64,000 nt of DNA. Source: a virus (lineage: Duplodnaviria; Heunggongvirae; Uroviricota; Caudoviricetes). The DNA lies in the IMG/VR virus record IMGVR_UViG_3300046656_000613, positions 30,167-94,166 of that record, one strand, 5' to 3'. Positions 35,434 through 44,777 of the stretch are shown in pieces. How positions within the stretch are numbered: position 1 is the stretch's first letter; each line of letters starts with the position of its first letter. The notes below the pieces were generated by a model. That model ran no database searches. It was not told the DNA's origin and was given only the letters and a program-made list of their open reading frames with translations. The translations under genes were made by a program, and so were the position numbers.

Positions 35434-36138
35434 TTATGCTCCGCCTTCAGCCGGGTCGAGACGTCCAGCTTGGCCATCTGCGCCTTCTTGTCCGGCACGA
35501 TCCGGGTCTTGCCGTCCGGCCCCTTCACTTCCTTGAACCCCGACCCGATCGATTTTGTCGGCACTGCTGCTCTCCACGTAATAGGCGATCGTCGCCGGAC
35601 CGCGATGGGTCCAGTCCCAGATCCACCAACTGTGATTCACCGACGGCGAAGCCTTGGGCTTGCCGGTGAGGGGATCGACAAACCAGACGATGCGCCGGGT
35701 CAGCACGAGCCGCTTGGCGAACCAGTCGTCATCAAACAGGAAGCGCCGGCTCTTGGCGTGATCGAAGTCGGCACGCAGCAGCATGGCGACGAAGCCGTGC
35801 TCGCGGCGCGTCAGCTCCAGGGCGCGCTCAATGAACTCCTGCGCCAGATGGAAGGGCGGATTGGTGACAATCCCCGGCGCGTGAAAGACGCTGCTTTCGT
35901 TGAGGAAGTCCACCGAGCCCTTGGCGGTGGGCATGCCGTTGCCCGGTCGCAGATCGGTGGCAATGGTGACGAAGCCGACATCGCGCAGCACATTGGCCAT
36001 CGCGCCCTCGCCGGCTGCCGGCTCCCAGATCGTCTTGATCCGCGGCGGGATATGCGGGATCAGCGCCCGCGTCACCCAGGCCGGGGTCGCGTAGTTGTCG
36101 GCCTCTTGTCGGGCGTAGCCGGATGGGCGCTGAGACAA
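35434..36138 (-). CDS. DNA N6-adenine (or N4-cytosine) methyltransferase, orphan
   Basis: Motif I IWEPAAGEGAMANVL and motif IV TNPPF; no nuclease neighbour. Confidence 0.7.
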   Translation of the reverse strand: MSQRPSGYARQEADNYATPAWVTRALIPHIPPRIKTIWEPAAGEGAMANVLRDVGFVTIATDLRPGNGMPTAKGSVDFLNESSVFHAPGIVTNPPFHLAQEFIERALELTRREHGFVAMLLRADFDHAKSRRFLFDDDWFAKRLVLTRRIVWFVDPLTGKPKASPSVNHSWWIWDWTHRGPATIAYYVESSSADKIDRVGVQGSEGAGRQDPDRAGQEGADGQAGRLDPAEGGA

Positions 36139-36147
36139 AGGCGATCC

Positions 36148-36528
36148 TCACTTGTGAAAATATTCCCGGATGGGCTTGGTATACTTATCCGATTTGCACT
36201 CAACCTCGATCAGTGTGAGCCAAATCTCAATGTCGCCGAGCGCAATGCGCCGTCCCTGCTCAAACGCCAATTGTGCCTGGATGCCAAGAATCTCTGCGAG
36301 CGCGTCTCGCCCTTGATCCTCAAGAGAATAGGCGAGATTTTCCGCACTCAGCGCCTGCTCGACCGGCAAAGAGCAGGCTCGCTCACGCCCGCCGATCTGC
36401 AACCCATCCCAAGGAATATCCTTGTCCGCCCTGCGCCGCTTCATTTCATAGGCAAAGCGGATCGCCCTGGCAATTGGCCGAGTCAGATCTTCAAACGAAA
36501 CCGGCTTCCCGCCCTTCGGCCATTCCAT
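36148..36528 (-). CDS. hypothetical protein (126 aa)
   Basis: ORF track. Confidence 0.4.
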   Translation of the reverse strand: MEWPKGGKPVSFEDLTRPIARAIRFAYEMKRRRADKDIPWDGLQIGGRERACSLPVEQALSAENLAYSLEDQGRDALAEILGIQAQLAFEQGRRIALGDIEIWLTLIEVECKSDKYTKPIREYFHK

Positions 36529-36737
36529 CAGGCTGCCTTCCGCATCAGCGCGCCATAAGCCGGCACGGTCCGCACGACGCGGCGCCGGTGCTCATCACAC
36601 CACATCCAGCGCTGATAGGTGCCGTCGGCCTTGCGGGCGCGCGGGGCGCGGCAATAGCACCACTCCCCGGTCTCGATCTCACCGAGCACCCAGCGACAGT
36701 GGTCCTCGGTCAGCCCGTCCAACTGATCATTCGGCAT
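36528..36737 (-). CDS. hypothetical Cys/Trp-rich protein (69 aa)
   Basis: ORF track. Confidence 0.3.
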   Translation of the reverse strand: MPNDQLDGLTEDHCRWVLGEIETGEWCYCRAPRARKADGTYQRWMWCDEHRRRVVRTVPAYGALMRKAA

Positions 36738-36748
36738 ATCGATCCCCG

Positions 36749-36958
36749 CTAGGAGTCCACATCCACCCTCGACCAGTCCTTCAAGCCTACGCGGCCACCT
36801 GTTTGCCTATGAATTTCCTGGATCAGTTCGAGCGAGGGGACGCGCTTCCCTCGTGACAATTTTGATACCATAGAGGAACTGATGCCCAGCTTCCTGGCCA
36901 GTTCCGTCTGCTTCATGTTACGGCTCTTAAGCCACTCGGACAGTTTCATGATTCCCAT
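36749..36958 (-). CDS. Cro-like XRE-family HTH regulator
   Basis: MKQTELARKLGISSSMVSKLSRGKR is an HTH; sits at a divergent promoter region. Confidence 0.65.
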   Translation of the reverse strand: MGIMKLSEWLKSRNMKQTELARKLGISSSMVSKLSRGKRVPSLELIQEIHRQTGGRVGLKDWSRVDVDS

Positions 36959-37317
36959 CCTACCACCAGAGAAATGGGACGGAAAGTCCCTCTCTATGCG
37001 GTGCTATTGCAAGACGGCAACATGCCACAGGATAATGCGAATGTGACTGTGAGTACCAGATTAGCATTGACTCACGCAATGGAATCCCCTACAGTTCCCT
37101 GGTGACGCATGAGAACTTTCATGCTTCCTCTCCCAGAACCTGGGCCGCTTGCTTTCCCGTCGGCGGCCCCTCTTTTGGGTCAGAATTCAACCGTTACCCT
37201 CAGCGCGTATGGATCGCGTAGCGCGGAGGTGCCTGGGGCCGGTAAGGATCGTCCCCCCGTCCTGCGCAGGGCCGCCCCATTGCCCCTCGCGCCGGCCCCA
37301 GGCAATTAGGAGGCGGC

Positions 37318-37689
37318 ATGGCCATCATTCTTCCCTTCCCGCAAAGACGGCCCATGCCCGTGTCGCCGAGAACGATCGCGCAGGATTCAGATTATTTCCG
37401 CCACGCCCGCCAGCAAGTCCGCACGGCTATTCTGGGGGCTCTGGTCTGCGCGATCGTTTCGGTATTGTGTGGCGCAATGGCTTATGCTTTCATAAGCGTC
37501 GCATACCTCGCAAATTCTGTGGTTTTTCTCATACTTGGCATCGCCGCTGCCGTTATAGGCGGCTGCTTTGCTCATTGGGGAAAACGCGAATGGGATGAAT
37601 ACCGCACGCAACGGAGTTGTTATCGTGACCGCCGAAGCTGCGCTCAAAGAGCGCCTGCATCGCCTTACCGAAGATTCAACCGACCATAA
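37318..37689 (+). CDS. small membrane protein (end uncertain)
   Basis: Two hydrophobic helices; SD AGGAGG before the ATG. Confidence 0.3.
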   Translation: MAIILPFPQRRPMPVSPRTIAQDSDYFRHARQQVRTAILGALVCAIVSVLCGAMAYAFISVAYLANSVVFLILGIAAAVIGGCFAHWGKREWDEYRTQRSCYRDRRSCAQRAPASPYRRFNRP

Positions 37690-37921
37690 CGAAGTCGCTG
37701 CCGTCAACCTCCTGGCCGCTGGAGTCTCACTCCTGATTGCTGCCAAGGGGCATCACGCAACGATTGAAATGTTGGAGCGTACAATCGCTTTTGCTGAAGA
37801 GGATCGAGCGGCGCGCTTAACGGAGCGTGTTCCACTTGCCACCAAGCCAACCATTCCGACCCAAACTGGCGGAAACCTTTCGCTATTGGGAATGCGCCGT
37901 CGCGGCGCGCTACGCAACTGA
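37595..37921 (+). CDS. hypothetical protein
   Basis: Internal ATG of ORF 37568..37921. Confidence 0.3.
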   Translation: MNTARNGVVIVTAEAALKERLHRLTEDSTDHNEVAAVNLLAAGVSLLIAAKGHHATIEMLERTIAFAEEDRAARLTERVPLATKPTIPTQTGGNLSLLGMRRRGALRN

Positions 37922-37973
37922 CGACGACGAACGCAAGCGGATCTGGACCTTTTCCACCATTCCAGATCCGCTG

Positions 37974-38765
37974 ATGCAATTGCCAGCGCCGCAATGCGGC
38001 TACTGGAAGGTGCGGTGGACGTCGGCCGGCGTCAAGGTGTGGAAACCCGTCGCCATCTGGATGGAAGACGGCCAGATGCTCGGCAGTGTCGGCACCTCGC
38101 GCCAGCACGATCTCGACCGCCTCTGGCAGCGCTGCGGCACCGAGCCGATCACCTATGAGACCTATAAATATGCCTATGAAAATGGGCATTTCCCAGGCGA
38201 GATCGATGTCCTCGCGCTGAAGCTGGACAACTACGCCGACGATCCTGGCGCCAAGCTGCGCGACGATCTGATCGAGCTGGTCGGCCGGGTCGAGATCTAT
38301 ATCAAGAAATGCGGTGAGCCCCTCACCGATGAAGCCGCCAACTCCCTCGCCAATTACCTCGACATGATCCGCATGGCCGAGAAGATGGCCGGCGAGACCC
38401 TCACCACCGAGATCGAGCAGCAGAAGGCCGAGATCGCCCGCAGGCGGGAGATCTGGTCGGCCCCCATCGATGCCGCCCAGGAGATGGCCAAGCGGCTGCG
38501 CGGCCTCCTGACGCCCTTCCTCAAGGCCAAGAAGGACGCCGGCCAGGAGACCAAGCTCGGCGGGCAGGCGAGCAAGCGCGTCGGCCTACGCACGGTCTGG
38601 AGGGCGCGCGTCACCAATTGGGATCTGGTGATGGCCGAATACCACAATGACGCCGCGGTGCGCGCGCTGATCCAGAAGCTGCTTGACGCTCGCGCACGCT
38701 CGGCTGACCGTGACGGGCTCGCGATCGCGGGCGCTGAATTTTACGAAGATGGAGTGGCAGGATGA
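37974..38765 (+). CDS. hypothetical protein (possible nuclease partner of RecT)
   Basis: Position upstream of the RecT-like gene; DDLIELVGRVEIYIKK could be a PD-(D/E)xK-like element but this is unverified. Confidence 0.35.
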   Translation: MQLPAPQCGYWKVRWTSAGVKVWKPVAIWMEDGQMLGSVGTSRQHDLDRLWQRCGTEPITYETYKYAYENGHFPGEIDVLALKLDNYADDPGAKLRDDLIELVGRVEIYIKKCGEPLTDEAANSLANYLDMIRMAEKMAGETLTTEIEQQKAEIARRREIWSAPIDAAQEMAKRLRGLLTPFLKAKKDAGQETKLGGQASKRVGLRTVWRARVTNWDLVMAEYHNDAAVRALIQKLLDARARSADRDGLAIAGAEFYEDGVAG

Positions 38766-39073
38766 GCGCCAAACACTGGAACGACATGGCCCGGCTTGCC
38801 GCCCACGGCATGTTTGCGCATTGCAACGGCAGCCGCGAGCATGACGGCGGCCACGTCAGCCAATGCGATGAGATGACCCTGGTCATCGCTGCGAAACTGC
38901 AATCCATGACATATCGCGATGATGTGCATCGCGAGCTGATGGATGTGCGCGGACTGCTCTCCGACCTCATGACCATGATCTATGACCAGGGCGCTATGAC
39001 GATGTTCAACAAAGCGCCCTACACCCGCGCTTTCACCTACCTGGAAACTCTGAAAGTCCCCGAGGACAAATGA
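38762..39073 (+). CDS. hypothetical protein (103 aa)
   Basis: ORF track. Confidence 0.35.
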   Translation: MSAKHWNDMARLAAHGMFAHCNGSREHDGGHVSQCDEMTLVIAAKLQSMTYRDDVHRELMDVRGLLSDLMTMIYDQGAMTMFNKAPYTRAFTYLETLKVPEDK

Positions 39074-39426
39074 CATACCAAGAAGGCGTCGATAAATGGC
39101 TGCTCGCATGCTTTGGCGAGGAGATCGCCCGCGACAAGGCCGAGCGCAGTCACCGCTTCATCGAAGAAGCGCTGGAGCTGGTCCAGGCGGCCGGCTGTTC
39201 GAAGGAGGAGACGCTGGCGCTGGTTGATTATGTCTATGGCCGCGATGTTGGCGAAATCAAGCAGGAGGTTGGCGGCGTAATGAACACGCTGGCCGCGCTC
39301 TGCCTTGCTTATGGCATTGACATGACCATCGCCGCCGAAGCCGAGATGGCGCGTTGCTGGCTATTGGTGGATAAAATTCGCGCCAAACAGGCCGCCAAGC
39401 CGAAATTTTCACCGCTCCCACAATGA
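39070..39426 (+). CDS. MazG-like nucleotide pyrophosphohydrolase (putative)
   Basis: All-alpha protein with EEALELVQA...GRDVGEIKQE arrangement reminiscent of MazG/HisE. Confidence 0.4.
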   Translation: MTYQEGVDKWLLACFGEEIARDKAERSHRFIEEALELVQAAGCSKEETLALVDYVYGRDVGEIKQEVGGVMNTLAALCLAYGIDMTIAAEAEMARCWLLVDKIRAKQAAKPKFSPLPQ

Positions 39427-39433
39427 GGGTCGC

Positions 39434-40465
39434 ATGAACGAACTGACCACGGCGGCCCCTGGCCGCGCCCTCCAGGACATCCCCATCGGCGGCCCGGCAC
39501 CCATGCCGCGCATCCTGATTCCCGATGAGGTGATCGATAACGCGCTGCGCATCGCGCGGATTGCCGTCGGCTCGGGGCTGATGAAGGCCACCGACGGCGA
39601 TGCCGTCGCGATAGCCACGATGATCATCTTGAAGGGCCGCGATCTGGACATGAGTCCGACGACGGCGCTGGATTCCATCGCGCTGATCAATGGCCGCACA
39701 TGCGTCTGGGGCAAGGCGGTGCCGGCCCTGGTGCGCTCGCGCGGCCACCGCATCCGCGAATGGGAGACCGGCACGCGGATGGCCGACGACTGGACCTTCT
39801 ATTGCGAGATCACCCGCGGCGACACCGGCGAGATCGTCACCCGGTCCTTCAGCGTCACCGACGCCAAGCAGGCCCAGCTCTGGAATCAGGAGCCGATCCT
39901 CAAGAAGCGCGGGCGCGACGGCCCCTATGAAAAGCCGAACGACAGCCCGTGGTTTAGATATCCGCAGCGCATGCTGCCCGCTCGCGCCCGCGGCTACGCT
40001 GCCGCCGACGGCGCGTCGGAGGCGCTTCTGGGAATGTACACCGTCGAGGAGATGCAAGATGTGGCGCGGGTCGAAGGGGAAATGGAGGAAATCCGTGGAA
40101 CGCTTGTCACTGCGCCGCCACCGCCACCTCTCCTTGACCAAGAGCAAGCACAAGATCAGAATGATGAAAATCCGGCCGTGGATGCAGCCGGGCCGCAGCC
40201 CGCTGAGGTCGATCGGCCGGGCGACAGCGTATCCGACACCGCGCCCGAGACGCCGGCCGATCAAGCCGAAGAGACTCTCGGAGCCGTCGAGGTGGCTGCG
40301 GTGGCATGCGCTGGCGCGATGAGCCAAGCCAAGACGGTCGATCGGCTGGACAAGCTGATGGACGCCTTCAACGCCAAGTATGATGGCGAGATCACCATCA
40401 AGATTTCCACCCAACTCGAAATGATCTATAACCAGAACAAGGATCGGATCGAGAACCCGAAATGA
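39434..40465 (+). CDS. RecT-like single-strand annealing protein
   Basis: Sits next to a NinB/Orf homologue; the N-terminal half resembles RecT-family proteins; acidic low-complexity C-terminus. Confidence 0.45.
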   Translation: MNELTTAAPGRALQDIPIGGPAPMPRILIPDEVIDNALRIARIAVGSGLMKATDGDAVAIATMIILKGRDLDMSPTTALDSIALINGRTCVWGKAVPALVRSRGHRIREWETGTRMADDWTFYCEITRGDTGEIVTRSFSVTDAKQAQLWNQEPILKKRGRDGPYEKPNDSPWFRYPQRMLPARARGYAAADGASEALLGMYTVEEMQDVARVEGEMEEIRGTLVTAPPPPPLLDQEQAQDQNDENPAVDAAGPQPAEVDRPGDSVSDTAPETPADQAEETLGAVEVAAVACAGAMSQAKTVDRLDKLMDAFNAKYDGEITIKISTQLEMIYNQNKDRIENPK

Positions 40466-40869
40466 GCCGCTACGTCTTCATCCTCAACACGCCGGCCGAT
40501 CGGGAGCGCGCGAGCAAGTACATCGCCGCCGCGCCGCCCGGCACGCGCGTCGAGGTGAAGGCGGCCCGGCGCACCGCGCCACAGAATGATCGCATGTGGG
40601 CCATGCTCACCGACATCGCTGAGCAGCTTCCCTGGCACGGAGTCCGCTTGCGTGCCGACGATTGGAAGCTGCTGTTTATGAATGCGCTCCAGCGCGAGAT
40701 CGAGCCGGTGCCCAATCTCGATGGCACCGGCTTTGTCAATTTGGGCACGGCATCATCGGATCTCAGCAAGATGGAAATGTCGGGAATGATCGACCTGATG
40801 TTCGAATTCGGCGGCCGGCATGGTGTGATCTGGAGCGATCCGACAGCACCGCAGGAGCGGGATGGTTGA
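40462..40869 (+). CDS. ninB: NinB/Orf recombination mediator
   Basis: Recalled similarity to lambda Orf (NinB), e.g. TAPQNDRMWAMLTDIAEQLPWHG...VPNLDGTGFVNLG...GVIWSDP. Confidence 0.8.
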   Translation: MSRYVFILNTPADRERASKYIAAAPPGTRVEVKAARRTAPQNDRMWAMLTDIAEQLPWHGVRLRADDWKLLFMNALQREIEPVPNLDGTGFVNLGTASSDLSKMEMSGMIDLMFEFGGRHGVIWSDPTAPQERDG

Positions 40870-41266
40870 CCGGCTAGAATTTACCAAAAAGGTCAAGATC
40901 GAGATCTTCAAACGGGCCGGTGGCCCCGAGAACCCGCAGTGCGAGAACCCGCAGTGCGGGATTTCTGTTAAGAACAAGCCGTTTGACATCGATCACATCA
41001 TCGAGGAATGGGAAAAAGAGGATATCCAGCACGGCCTGCGCCCGCCGCTCTGCGCCAATGATGGGCAGTTGCTGTGCAAGGCATGCCATGCGATCAAGAG
41101 CGGCAAGAAGTCCGGCGAGCGCGCTCATGGCGTGCGGATCATCGCCAAGCAGGCCAAGGCCGACAAGAAGAAGGGCGGCGGCTTCTCCCAGCGCTATAAG
41201 CGCAAGATGGACGGCACGGTCGTGGACCGCGAGACCGGCGAGATAGTTAAACGAGGCGCGAGATGA
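40862..41266 (+). CDS. HNH endonuclease
   Basis: CENPQCG...DIDHII...CKACHAIKS is an HNH/zinc-finger motif. Confidence 0.7.
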   Translation: MVDRLEFTKKVKIEIFKRAGGPENPQCENPQCGISVKNKPFDIDHIIEEWEKEDIQHGLRPPLCANDGQLLCKACHAIKSGKKSGERAHGVRIIAKQAKADKKKGGGFSQRYKRKMDGTVVDRETGEIVKRGAR

Positions 41267-41535
41267 CGCAAGACTGCCTTCATTGCAAACTAATGGATGC
41301 AATCGACGCCTGGGTAGAGGAGAACGAGGAGGGCGACGCTCGCGATATCCTTGAAGTATTGGCACACTGCTGCGGTGAGATTATGTCTCGGGCAGACTTT
41401 GGCCGCCATGGACCGATCTCAGGGCCTCTGTCATACATTACTTTCTGCATTTCAGATTCTTTCGCTCGTGCCGAGGCCACCAAGGGAGGGGAGGGCGAGG
41501 ATGGGGCGTCGGCGCCCAGGGGCGCTGTGCATTGA
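41263..41535 (+). CDS. hypothetical Cys-rich protein (90 aa)
   Basis: ORF track. Confidence 0.35.
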   Translation: MTQDCLHCKLMDAIDAWVEENEEGDARDILEVLAHCCGEIMSRADFGRHGPISGPLSYITFCISDSFARAEATKGGEGEDGASAPRGAVH

Positions 41536-41825
41536 GGGCGGAGTGGCAGCGCCGGCTGCTGGCCATCACCTATGCCGCGACCTTTGCCGGCATTTCCCGG
41601 CGCTGGGAAAAAGCCTATGAGGCGATAGGCTTAGATCCGGTGTGGATAACCCGGATTATTGCTATTGCGCTGCTGATCATCTGTTTCAAACTGGCAGACA
41701 AGATCCCCGATGATTCGTGGCCGAGATGGGAGCTACGTATGCCATTGGCTTACGGTCTCTATATCATACTGCTAGCGATCTGGCTCTCGGTGCTTCTCGG
41801 CCTTTTTATGGGAGGAGCCCATTGA
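41532..41825 (+). CDS. membrane protein (97 aa)
   Basis: Two or three hydrophobic helices. Confidence 0.4.
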   Translation: MRAEWQRRLLAITYAATFAGISRRWEKAYEAIGLDPVWITRIIAIALLIICFKLADKIPDDSWPRWELRMPLAYGLYIILLAIWLSVLLGLFMGGAH

Positions 41826-42103
41826 CAGCGGACGTAACATTTCATATAAATATCGGACCACCTGTATTATGGTGCGCCGCCCTCTGGATCTTCGGATGGG
41901 CGCTGTGCTTTGTCTGGAACGTCGCGACGATAAAACAACAAATGAGTAACGCGCGACACGTTGAAAGCCTTGTGTATCAGCAGGCCGAATCGCCCTGGCA
42001 GGCACCGCAGCCGGCAGTCCTGGTGCAGCGGGTCGATCCGAAGACGGCGAACATCATTCGCCATTGGGGCGCGGAAGAGGAGGATATCGATGACGCCGCT
42101 TGA
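41822..42103 (+). CDS. membrane protein (TTG start)
   Basis: Hydrophobic helices; start uncertain. Confidence 0.3.
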   Translation: MTADVTFHINIGPPVLWCAALWIFGWALCFVWNVATIKQQMSNARHVESLVYQQAESPWQAPQPAVLVQRVDPKTANIIRHWGAEEEDIDDAA

Positions 42104-42338
42104 ACGCATCGAGCTGGAGCACAAATATTTCGATTCCTGTGCGAGGCGATCTGGGTTTGATGTCAGGCTTCACGTCTTCTCTTCCGGCTTGAGCTTCTCG
42201 ATCGCCGATCCCAGCAGTGGCGCCGAATGGTATCGCACCGCCCCCGCCCTGCCGAATTCGCCCTTCCATTTCTGCAAGATGCTCGACGACGCGCTTGCCA
42301 CCGCCCGGCTGTGCGCCGAGCTTGGCATTCGCGCGTAA
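42090..42338 (+). CDS. hypothetical protein (82 aa)
   Basis: SD GAGGAGG before the ATG. Confidence 0.4.
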   Translation: MTPLERIELEHKYFDSCARRSGFDVRLHVFSSGLSFSIADPSSGAEWYRTAPALPNSPFHFCKMLDDALATARLCAELGIRA

Positions 42339-42373
42339 GTTCACCATAATTCAGATTATGCGAATCCAGATCC

Positions 42374-42679
42374 ATGCGAAAACGCGGTCAATCGAAGGAC
42401 GTGAAAAAGACCCTGCCAAAGGGGTATCTCACTGAGGCGATGAAGGCGGCGGACTACCCACTCATGCTGCGCTCCTTCGTCCCCGACACAGAGCGCCGCG
42501 TCGTTACGGCCTATATGTGCGGGGTGGATTGGGAATGCGAAATTGGCCAGCACTGCCACGGGGTCGAGATTTATCGCTCGATCGAAGACTTAAGAGCCAA
42601 TAAAACCTGCACTCATGAATGCGGGATCGTTGAAGTCGAAGTTACCATCAAGAAGACCGTTCAACCACAGGACATATAG
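42374..42679 (+). CDS. hypothetical protein (101 aa)
   Basis: ORF track. Confidence 0.4.
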   Translation: MRKRGQSKDVKKTLPKGYLTEAMKAADYPLMLRSFVPDTERRVVTAYMCGVDWECEIGQHCHGVEIYRSIEDLRANKTCTHECGIVEVEVTIKKTVQPQDI

Positions 42680-42682
42680 CAC

Positions 42683-43687
42683 ATGACCAAATCTGTCAGC
42701 TTCGCCGTACCGAAATCGCATCTTGCCCGCGTGCCCCCCAAGGCCGCTGCGCCCCAGCCGCCCATGGCCGTCGCCCCGGCCTCGCCGCAGGACATCGAGA
42801 CCTTCACCGGCCCGACGCCGAATTTCGTCACCACCACGACCCAGGGCGCCAGCGACTGGTTCGAATACCATCTGCGCAAGGCGCGCGTCATCGGTATCTT
42901 CACCGTCCAGGAGATCTTCACCGCCGCAATGGCGCGCTGGCTGCTGGAGAACAACCCGGAAAACCGCCACGTCTCGGCAATGAAGGTGGCCGAGATGGTC
43001 GCCGACATGAAGCGCGGCACCTTTGACAGCCTCAACGGCCAGACCATCCAGGTCGCCCAGGATGGCCTGATGAACGACGGCCAGCACCGCTCGCATGCCA
43101 AACTGGAAAGCGGCATCGATCTGCCGTTCCTGTTTATGTTCGGCGTGCGCCGCGAGGCCCGGCTGACCATCGACCAGGGCCGCCCGCGCACCGCCGCCGA
43201 CTATTTGACGATGAGCAAGTTTAGCCACGGCACCAAGGCTTCGGCTATTGCAACGCTGCTGTATCTGCACCGGCGCCGCGGCAATATCAAGGATCTGGGC
43301 GGCAAGAACATCGACCGTCCCAGCACCTCACAGCGCGCCGACTATACCCGCGCCAATTTCGAGCAGATCAAGGCCACGATCGATGCGGTCGGGCAGAAGC
43401 CCGGCATGGTCATGCTCGGCGGCTATGCGCTCATCGCCTTTTGCCATCTTCTGTTCGCGGAAAAGCACGCGGCCGGCGCCACCGAGTTCATCAACAAGCT
43501 GATCACCGGCAATGATCTGTCGGATACCTCGCCGATCAACACGCTGCGGCGGCGGTTGCTGTCGGAGCGGCGCCTCAAGCGCGAGGAGCGGCTGGAGCTG
43601 ATCATCCGCGGCTGGAACGCCTATCGCAGCGGCGCGACACCCAAGACGCTGCTGATCAACAAGCACATCCCGGAGATCGCCGACTAA
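42683..43687 (+). CDS. DGQHR-domain protein (DndB-like / ParB-like fold)
   Basis: Motif MNDGQHRSHA in the central region; Ala/Pro-rich N-terminus. Confidence 0.55.
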   Translation: MTKSVSFAVPKSHLARVPPKAAAPQPPMAVAPASPQDIETFTGPTPNFVTTTTQGASDWFEYHLRKARVIGIFTVQEIFTAAMARWLLENNPENRHVSAMKVAEMVADMKRGTFDSLNGQTIQVAQDGLMNDGQHRSHAKLESGIDLPFLFMFGVRREARLTIDQGRPRTAADYLTMSKFSHGTKASAIATLLYLHRRRGNIKDLGGKNIDRPSTSQRADYTRANFEQIKATIDAVGQKPGMVMLGGYALIAFCHLLFAEKHAAGATEFINKLITGNDLSDTSPINTLRRRLLSERRLKREERLELIIRGWNAYRSGATPKTLLINKHIPEIAD

Positions 43688-43690
43688 GGG

Positions 43691-43975
43691 ATGCTGACCA
43701 GCAAGCAGGCCAGGGTTCTTGAGCTGATTGAAGCGGGCATCGCCGAGACAGGCGGTGCCCCGACCTATCGCGAGATCGCCGCGATGCTGGGATCAAACTC
43801 AATCAGCAATATTTATAACATCGTCAAGGCGCTAGAGGCGCGCGGGTTCGTCGAAAGAATCGGTGTCGAGCACGGACACCGGCAGATCAAAGTAATACGG
43901 CCCCAGACCCACCTTAATCCCGAATATCTGCGCGGGTATCAAGATGGGTATGAGGCCGGAAAGGCGAAGACATGA
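43691..43975 (+). CDS. LexA-like winged-helix DNA-binding protein (N-domain only)
   Basis: MLTSKQARVLELIEAGIAETGGAPTYREIAAMLG...KALEARGFVER resembles the LexA DNA-binding domain; no peptidase domain. Confidence 0.6.
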   Translation: MLTSKQARVLELIEAGIAETGGAPTYREIAAMLGSNSISNIYNIVKALEARGFVERIGVEHGHRQIKVIRPQTHLNPEYLRGYQDGYEAGKAKT

Positions 43976-44142
43976 CGGACATCCCCATCACCATTGAGCG
44001 GGGGAAGCACGGGCTGTATTACGGCACCAGCCCTGCCTTAAGGGGATTGCTGGTCGCCGGGAAAAGCATTAAAGATGTGATGGCAAGGATACCGCAAGCT
44101 ATCACCGAACTTCGGACGGCTCAGCAGACCCCTTCTGAATGA
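43972..44142 (+). CDS. HicB-like (UPF0150) small protein
   Basis: 56 aa; TIERGKHGLYYGTSPAL.GL..G.S..DVMA resembles the HicB N-domain; below the ORF-track size cutoff. Confidence 0.35.
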   Translation: MTDIPITIERGKHGLYYGTSPALRGLLVAGKSIKDVMARIPQAITELRTAQQTPSE

Positions 44143-44304
44143 CGGTCACGGTCGGCACCACGCGGATTGCCGGCCGTTTCTGTTCCTGGGCCACGATGGG
44201 CGCGGCAGCGCGCTTGATCGCCCACTCCGCCACGTAAAACGTCCCCTTGCCCACGGTGAGCAGGGTGAGCGCGATCAGCGCCGCCCGCGTGCTCTGATCC
44301 AGGA

Positions 44305-44616
44305 TCAGCGCAGCACGAGCGAAATAGCCTCCTTGAGATCGATATTGGCCAATCCCAGGATGGCGATAGCTGCGATCCGAAGCCACCACGTGTCCATGAT
44401 CTGCCGAAAGGCGATCGGCTGGGTCTCCAGCCTCTTCTCTAAACCCTTCAGATCGCGGCGCAGTTCCCGGATAAGCGTTGTCGTCTCGCGGCGATCCGCC
44501 AACGAGGCGAGTTTGATGCGCTGCTCGATAACGCTCACGCTCGCGCTCAATCGCGCGAGCCGCTCGCTCAGCAAACGTGTCTCCCGGAGGAGAGCCGTAA
44601 GCATGTCCGTTGCCAT
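44305..44616 (-). CDS. coiled-coil protein with C-terminal TM (spanin or holin accessory?)
   Basis: Downstream of the lysozyme gene; C-terminal helix WWLRIAAIAILGLANI. Confidence 0.35.
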   Translation of the reverse strand: MATDMLTALLRETRLLSERLARLSASVSVIEQRIKLASLADRRETTTLIRELRRDLKGLEKRLETQPIAFRQIMDTWWLRIAAIAILGLANIDLKEAISLVLR

Positions 44617-44777
44617 GAAGAATCATTCCCGCCATCAGGCCGCCATCCTTTAGACATGAGTTTGAGCTTAGCCATGGGCGGGGCCGTCTACTAGCAGGCA
44701 GCATTTGCTGGTAGGCGTAAAACGGAGCGGTGCGGGCTGCCGGCCCGGCCGCTCCTGCCCTGGCGGGGGAGGAAACG

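Noticed and set aside
35014-36558. 514-aa plus-strand ORF
   Set aside because: It lies antisense to four well-supported minus-strand genes including the methyltransferase, and has low-complexity RGD/PA-rich composition.
39257-40414. 385-aa minus-strand ORF
   Set aside because: It is antisense to the RecT-like gene.
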